Positions 1-64,000 of a stretch of 64,000 nucleotides of DNA are shown in pieces (the first letter of the stretch is position 1; each line of letters begins with the position of its first letter). The DNA lies in assembly GCF_006345805.1 (NCBI RefSeq), contig NC_043002.1, positions 32,426,001 to 32,490,000 of the forward strand, in the 5' to 3' direction. This stretch comes from Octopus sinensis (Eukaryota). A program made the translations under genes and the position numbers. The notes beneath the pieces were generated by a model. The model saw only the letters and a program-made list of their open reading frames with translations. It was not told the origin of the DNA and made no database searches.

Positions 1-843
1 TAAATATAGCTGTCTGGAAATAGAACTTCTCTGCAAGGCAAAAATCATGAACTCCAAAGGAGTAACAAAGACATATCGGAATGACGGGCGACTCGTTCAA
101 GGAAAGATACACACAAATTCTGGCGTCATTCAGGGACAAAATAAAGGACTTGCCACATCCTTATCCAATATGATATGTGAATTGAAAAACAGGATGAGTA
201 AGCAACCCCCAGATAACATGGAGTATTCTTGCTAGAACTAGAAAATATAAGAGACGTGGTACGAAATGTGAACTTTGTATTACTGAAAAGCTACATATCA
301 TCCAGTCTAAAGGTAACATCTGAAACATTATGAGTGAAACCTTCTCGCCTTACATTCACAAACAATATTTTACATTCCAGCATTTCAATAAGGTAGTACG
401 ACACACGCACCCGATCCTACGAAACTAGGTTTTTTTTCCCTAAAAGTGAGAATTAAATATATACATCATATGAACTGCACACATAGAAGACACATGATGA
501 TCTACCTCCATGTACAAACAAACATTACACATACCCAAAGTATTATATATAAACAAAAGCAACTTTCAGAACAATTTTTCTCCCTAAGCCCAAAAGCCAA
601 GGGAGATAATCGTTCAGTGGGACCACTTGGTATCTTATTTTGTTTACGAGATTGTATCTGGAATTCCCATGATTTTTCATGTTTTAATCCAAAATGGAAA
701 CGAACACGAATTCCTCCATGCCACCGGCTTCAAAAATAAAGTATTTAAGTATTTTCTTAACTTGGAAACAATGGTAGCCTTAATACACAAATAAATAACT
801 TGTATTCATCAATGTATGTTGCGCATTCACTCTCATTGTTCAA

Positions 844-881
<38 letters not shown>

Positions 882-888
882 ACATATA

Positions 889-920
<32 letters not shown>

Positions 921-1012
921 TAACAATATTTAAGAAACTGATGGTTGACAAATCTATACTTGGGCGCCTATTAATTACACGAAAATGAGAAGTGATAAAA
1001 AAAAATACTCAC

Positions 1013-59453
<58,441 letters not shown>

Positions 59454-59973
59454 CTAGAGAAAAAAATAGGAAGATTATGCAATACATTTTTGCAATCAAA
59501 AATTAAGTTCATTATGTTTCGGTGTGCATTTCAGGAATGTCACCGGTATTCAGACAATTGACAAAGTGGTAATTATGCACTACGTTATCAATATTTAGTT
59601 GCTCTTTAAATTCTTGGTGAGAGAGCCGCCTGTCTAATAAAACATGTAAATGTTAATACTTCTAGTTTTAGTGTTTTTTCAACAGTTTTAGTTGTCTTTT
59701 GATAGTTTAATTAGCTTTAAACATACCGAGGTTTATAATATTAGCTTATTACAAGTACATTTATTATTTTCTATTTAATGAAATTTAAATGTATATTACT
59801 CACCAGTAATTTACATTATAACTAGTAGTGGTGATATTAATGTTTATGTAGTGTTTTATTATTAACTTTTGAATGATGAAATAATGTACTTCTCTCTTAA
59901 AAATAGTAGTTAAATTAATTTCAATCGTGTTTTGTTTTGGAAAATATTTTATAAGGTTTGAACTTTCATTATA

Positions 59974-61257
59974 TCAGATCATCCCATAAATTCTGTCCGA
60001 TTTTACCTTTTTAAAATGTATGAAATTTAATAGTAGTTTAGAATGTCAAATGGAATTAAAAATTATTTTTATACATTTGTGTACATTTACACTACTTAAA
60101 TATTATTTTACAGAATAATAGAATTAAAATTTCTTTGATTAAAACTCTTTATAACATGAAAGTATCCAAAGTGCATTTGAGTCACATGCTTTATGAGTAC
60201 AAAAAAAGGAAATTCTGCAGCCGAGGCGACTCGAAACATACACTCAGTTTATGGGAAGGAATGCTTAAATGAAAGAGCATGCAGAAGGTGGTTTTCAAAA
60301 TTCAGAAGTGGAGATATCAGCCTTGAAGATAAAGATCGAACAGGACGTCCAGTTGAATTTGATGATAAGCTCCTTGAGGCATTACTTGAAGAAAATCTTG
60401 CATTATGAGTTGAAGAATTGGCAATAAAGTTTGTTCAAACCATACAACTGTTCATCGTCATCATCAACAACTTGGAAAGGTTCCTAAACTTGGAAAATGG
60501 GTGCCTCATGAATTGTCCGAAAGCAACCGCAAATCCCGAGTTGACATCTGCTATTCTCTCTATTCTCGCGAACACAATTCACCCTTTTTGGATAGACTAG
60601 TGACTAGTGACGGAAAATGGATCTTCTATTTAAATGTTAAATGTCGTAAAGAGTGGCTTAGTAAAAGGGAAAAAGATCATCCACAACCTAGAAGTGAACT
60701 TCATGGGTAAAAGGTTCTTCTCTCTATCTGATGGGATTGCAAAGGAGTAATTCACTTTGAACTCTTACCACCTAATGCAATAATCTATGCTCATGTCTAC
60801 TGGCAGTGATTAGAGCGTTTGAACCAAGCTTTGAAGAAAAAAAAGACCCGCTTTAGTGAGTCGAAAAGGAGTGATGTTTCATCAGGACAATGCGCGACCC
60901 CACACTGCAAAGATCACATCATAGAAGATCGAAGAACTTGGTTGGGAAAAAAATCCTCATCCATCTAATTCTCTCGAAACTTGTTCCTTCAGATTACCAT
61001 TTGTTTCGTAGTTTACAGATCATTTGGGGGACATAACTTTCGCAAGCCAGGAGGAGGTCGAAAATGACATTTCAGAGTTCTTCGCTTTGAAACCAAAAGA
61101 GTTTTACATTGATGGGATTTAAAATATTGTAAATAGATGAAAGGAAATCATAGATAATCAGGGAAGGTACTTTGATGATTAAATTTCAATTGAATATATC
61201 AGTTGATTACTTGTTTTCTTTATTCAAAATTCAGACAGAACTTATGGGATGACCTGA
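59974..61257 (+). mobile_element. Full-length degenerate mariner with TIRs and TA target-site duplication
   Basis: TIR tcagatcatcccataaattctgtc / gacagaacttatgggatgacctga; WFSKFRSGD, WVPHEL, TSDGKWI, HQDNARPH and DYHLF motifs. Confidence 0.93.
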
Positions 61258-61979
61258 TAGTAATATCTATGGAAGACCGGTGGGATTATTATTCATATAG
61301 ACTTAAATATGGATTGCAATTTAGCATATATAATTTAGTTATTGCAGTTTATTATTAATACCGATACAATGTGCATTGTTTTAAATGTCTCTTGTCGTAG
61401 TTTTAGGAAGGTTAATGTTTAACCCTGTCTACATATTGATTGGTTGAAATAATGTTGTTCTTAAGCTTTAATTTTATATTGCACTACGGAAGACGGTATG
61501 GATTATAACTTTTTATGACTTAATAGAGTTGTCCCTGTTTATTTACGTATTTAGGAGGGCTTGCAATTTACTTATGGAATATATTTATGAATACGGTTGT
61601 ATATTGGGTAAATGTGTTTGAAAGTTGAGGTTTCTTTGGTCTGTTTATTTGTTCCCAAACAACACTTATTTTAGTGCTGATGACACTGCCGGATTGAATG
61701 GTACTGCCAAGGTGTCGAAACCGTAATGATATCCATGGGGCAGACGATGATGTTTTGGTGTAAAATCCGATACATTTTTATGCACAATTCATATATTTTT
61801 CCCTTGTTCTATAAGGGAGTTTATCCCATTCTATACTAATGTTAACGATTTTATCTTTAAGTGCCCAGATGAACTTCCTCAAGCTAATATTCTTCATCAT
61901 ATTTCTATCCTTAAGTGAATTTGTGCGATTTGCCAGTTACGGTTTGGCTACTATGAATGAAACTTGGCATCATCATCAT

Positions 61980-62590
61980 GTTTGCCAGACCTAGCAGCAA
62001 TCAATGGGATGGGACCACAGCAGTTCAGCGCGTCATAGGAAATTTCGGACCCAGAAGGTACCTGAAAACATTCGGGTTTCAGTGTTCTGAAAGAGAAACA
62101 GAGTACTCCTCATATAATAGCTACCAAACGTTCGCACTCTCAACGCAGAAAACTACATGTCTCGGTTGGGCGAACTGCATGGAGCTTTGAAGCACAAACA
62201 CCGAGAAAAGCTGAGCCGTGGTGTCCTGTTTTTGCAGGATGATGCCCCAGAACACAGTACATGACGCACTACGGAAAACATGCGACTTTAGCTTCGAATT
62301 GATAGACCACCTTACTCTCCTGCCTTGCTACTCTCCGACTATCACCTCTGTCCACAATTGAAGAAACATCTCTACGTAACGAAATTGCCTTCCGTTTCGA
62401 AAGTGATCGCTGCTACCGAGAACTGGTTGGAGGCCCAATCTTCTGAATTCTTTTTTACGGGGCCTAAATAAAACTGAAGGACCTTTGCAATAAGTTTATG
62501 AATCTGAGATGTGATTAAAATCATAATTAACTAATCTCCAAGTATTTTCTTTTACACAAAGCCAAGAACTTTTCGACACCTCTCTTATAT
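61980..62590 (+). mobile_element. Mariner-like transposase remnant
   Basis: FLQDDAPEH and YSP…SDYHL remnants. Confidence 0.6.
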
Positions 62591-63596
62591 CCTAAATAAC
62601 TGACTGTATTACACGACAAGCCCATAGTTCATCACTTTATATACTAAACAAACATTTAGGTATATTTCCGATTGAGCACCTTAAGCAAATCTGTTAATGG
62701 TGGGTAATTCGACTTCACTATGCATATCTCATACCACTTAACTTTAGTGTAGTCCACTCTATTAATAGATTCGTAATAGCACTTAATAGAGACTAGTATA
62801 CTCAATGTGTGCATATGACATCATGCAACGACTGACTCCAAAATAGTTTCTTTCCCAAGGACTACTGTCTACTATGGTGCATAATACTAAGTTAAAAGAA
62901 AACGCATATTTTATAGTGATTAGCTAACGTGTAACAATATATATCAAAACTTATCCGTAATTCAACACATATCAAAACTAAGTCAGTAGCTTAATTCACA
63001 CATTCACTAATGTGGCTGAACGGTTAGGGTTTCAAATATAAGATCGTATTTTAGATTTCACGACTAGGTGGAGCCTTGTTTCCTTGAGGAAGGCACGTCA
63101 TTTCACGTTGCACCACTCTACTCAGCTTTAAATAAACACCTGCCGACTGCCGGTGCAGCTCTTTCATCCTCCAGTTGTCATATCCTTGATATTTTGTTGA
63201 ATCAAGAGTGAAAGATGTTATATTCGTGCGAGATTATATAAGCACCTAAACCACAGAAAATGCATACATACACACACACATACACATACAAATGCACATA
63301 TATATGTATATGTATATGTATGTATGTGTAACCGCACATTGGACGATTTGCGATTTTTTCCTCCTTCTTCTCGTCTCCCTTTGGACTTTCCTCTTCTTCC
63401 TGTTTCCGAAGAAGATCTATACTCGAAATGCAAAACAACTACTCTTTTCCTTCTCCAAGTGCCGCATCAATACCTTGCTTGTGTTACATCCTCGCATATT
63501 TTTTCTCCTTTCTCAATATTTTTAAATTAATTATATATACATATTTGCGTGTGTAAGTGTGCGCATGCATGTGTGTTACAATGGTGTATATTTATA

Positions 63597-63724
63597 CAGG
63601 GTGATTCAAAAATCACCATACAAAGGAAAATATATTTTCTTTATAAGAAACAGTTAAATAAAAATAACTGTTTCTTATAAAGAAATAAATTGTTCTTATG
63701 TATGGCGACTTTTGAATCACCCTG
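63597..63724. mobile_element. Tc1/mariner-type MITE (128 bp)
   Basis: TIR cagggtgattcaaaa / ttttgaatcaccctg, flanked by TA on both sides. Confidence 0.8.
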
Positions 63725-64000
63725 TATATATAGCCCAGTAGTTATGGTTTTGCATTCACATCTCAAGGTCGTGGCTTCAATGCCTGAATCGGGTAGTGCG
63801 TTGTCTACTTGAACAAAACAATTCATCTGATGTTTCTTTGCAATGTCTTCGACACCTGAAGTGTAGTACACTGTGCACATTTGCATAATAAACATGAGAT
63901 CACTATAAGCATGAAATTTGTGCCGGTTGTTCTACTAGAACTTTTAGAACACTCATCCTCGGACAACAAGAGACTACCAACTAATATATATTTTCGTACA

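Noticed and set aside
307-319. Possible terminal exon (acceptor atgtttcag) giving …LCYL*
   Set aside because: The identical site exists in copy B (~6730), where the gene appears to continue; cannot be supported without transcripts
47-739. Duplicated plus-strand ORFs (47..235, 446..739 and their copies)
   Set aside because: No recognisable domain; they are conserved only because the DNA is a recent duplicate and lie antisense in an intron
59804-59840. Strong gtgagt donor upstream of exon 59403
   Set aside because: The phase-1 frame contains TAA and there is no convincing acceptor

Overview
AT-rich eukaryotic genomic DNA, dense in microsatellites. The tRNA-derived SINEs, Penelope, R4/Dong, RTE, mariner and Helitron content resembles an octopus (cephalopod) genome; this is inference. 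Almost all ORFs in the supplied track come from microsatellites or transposons. Reading splice signals on the minus strand shows one multi-exon gene spanning at least 59453 to 1013, with both ends probably outside the window. About 23 small exons join in frame. They encode a Thr/Pro/Ser-rich mucin stalk built from symmetric phase-1 exons, eight of them in a ~1.07-kb exon+intron tandem array at ~32.2-41.3 kb. After the stalk come a SEA domain with the GSVIV autocleavage motif, a short stalk and one transmembrane helix followed by KRKR. The cytoplasmic tail is a duplicated two-exon module, each copy encoding an ITAM-like YxxI-x8-YxxI. The introns hold a nest of retroelements (Penelope, two R4/Dong-type LINEs, a Tx1/L1-like LINE, an RTE-like LINE), mariner/Tc1 relics, non-autonomous Helitrons, SINEs and a ~480-bp near-perfect palindrome.
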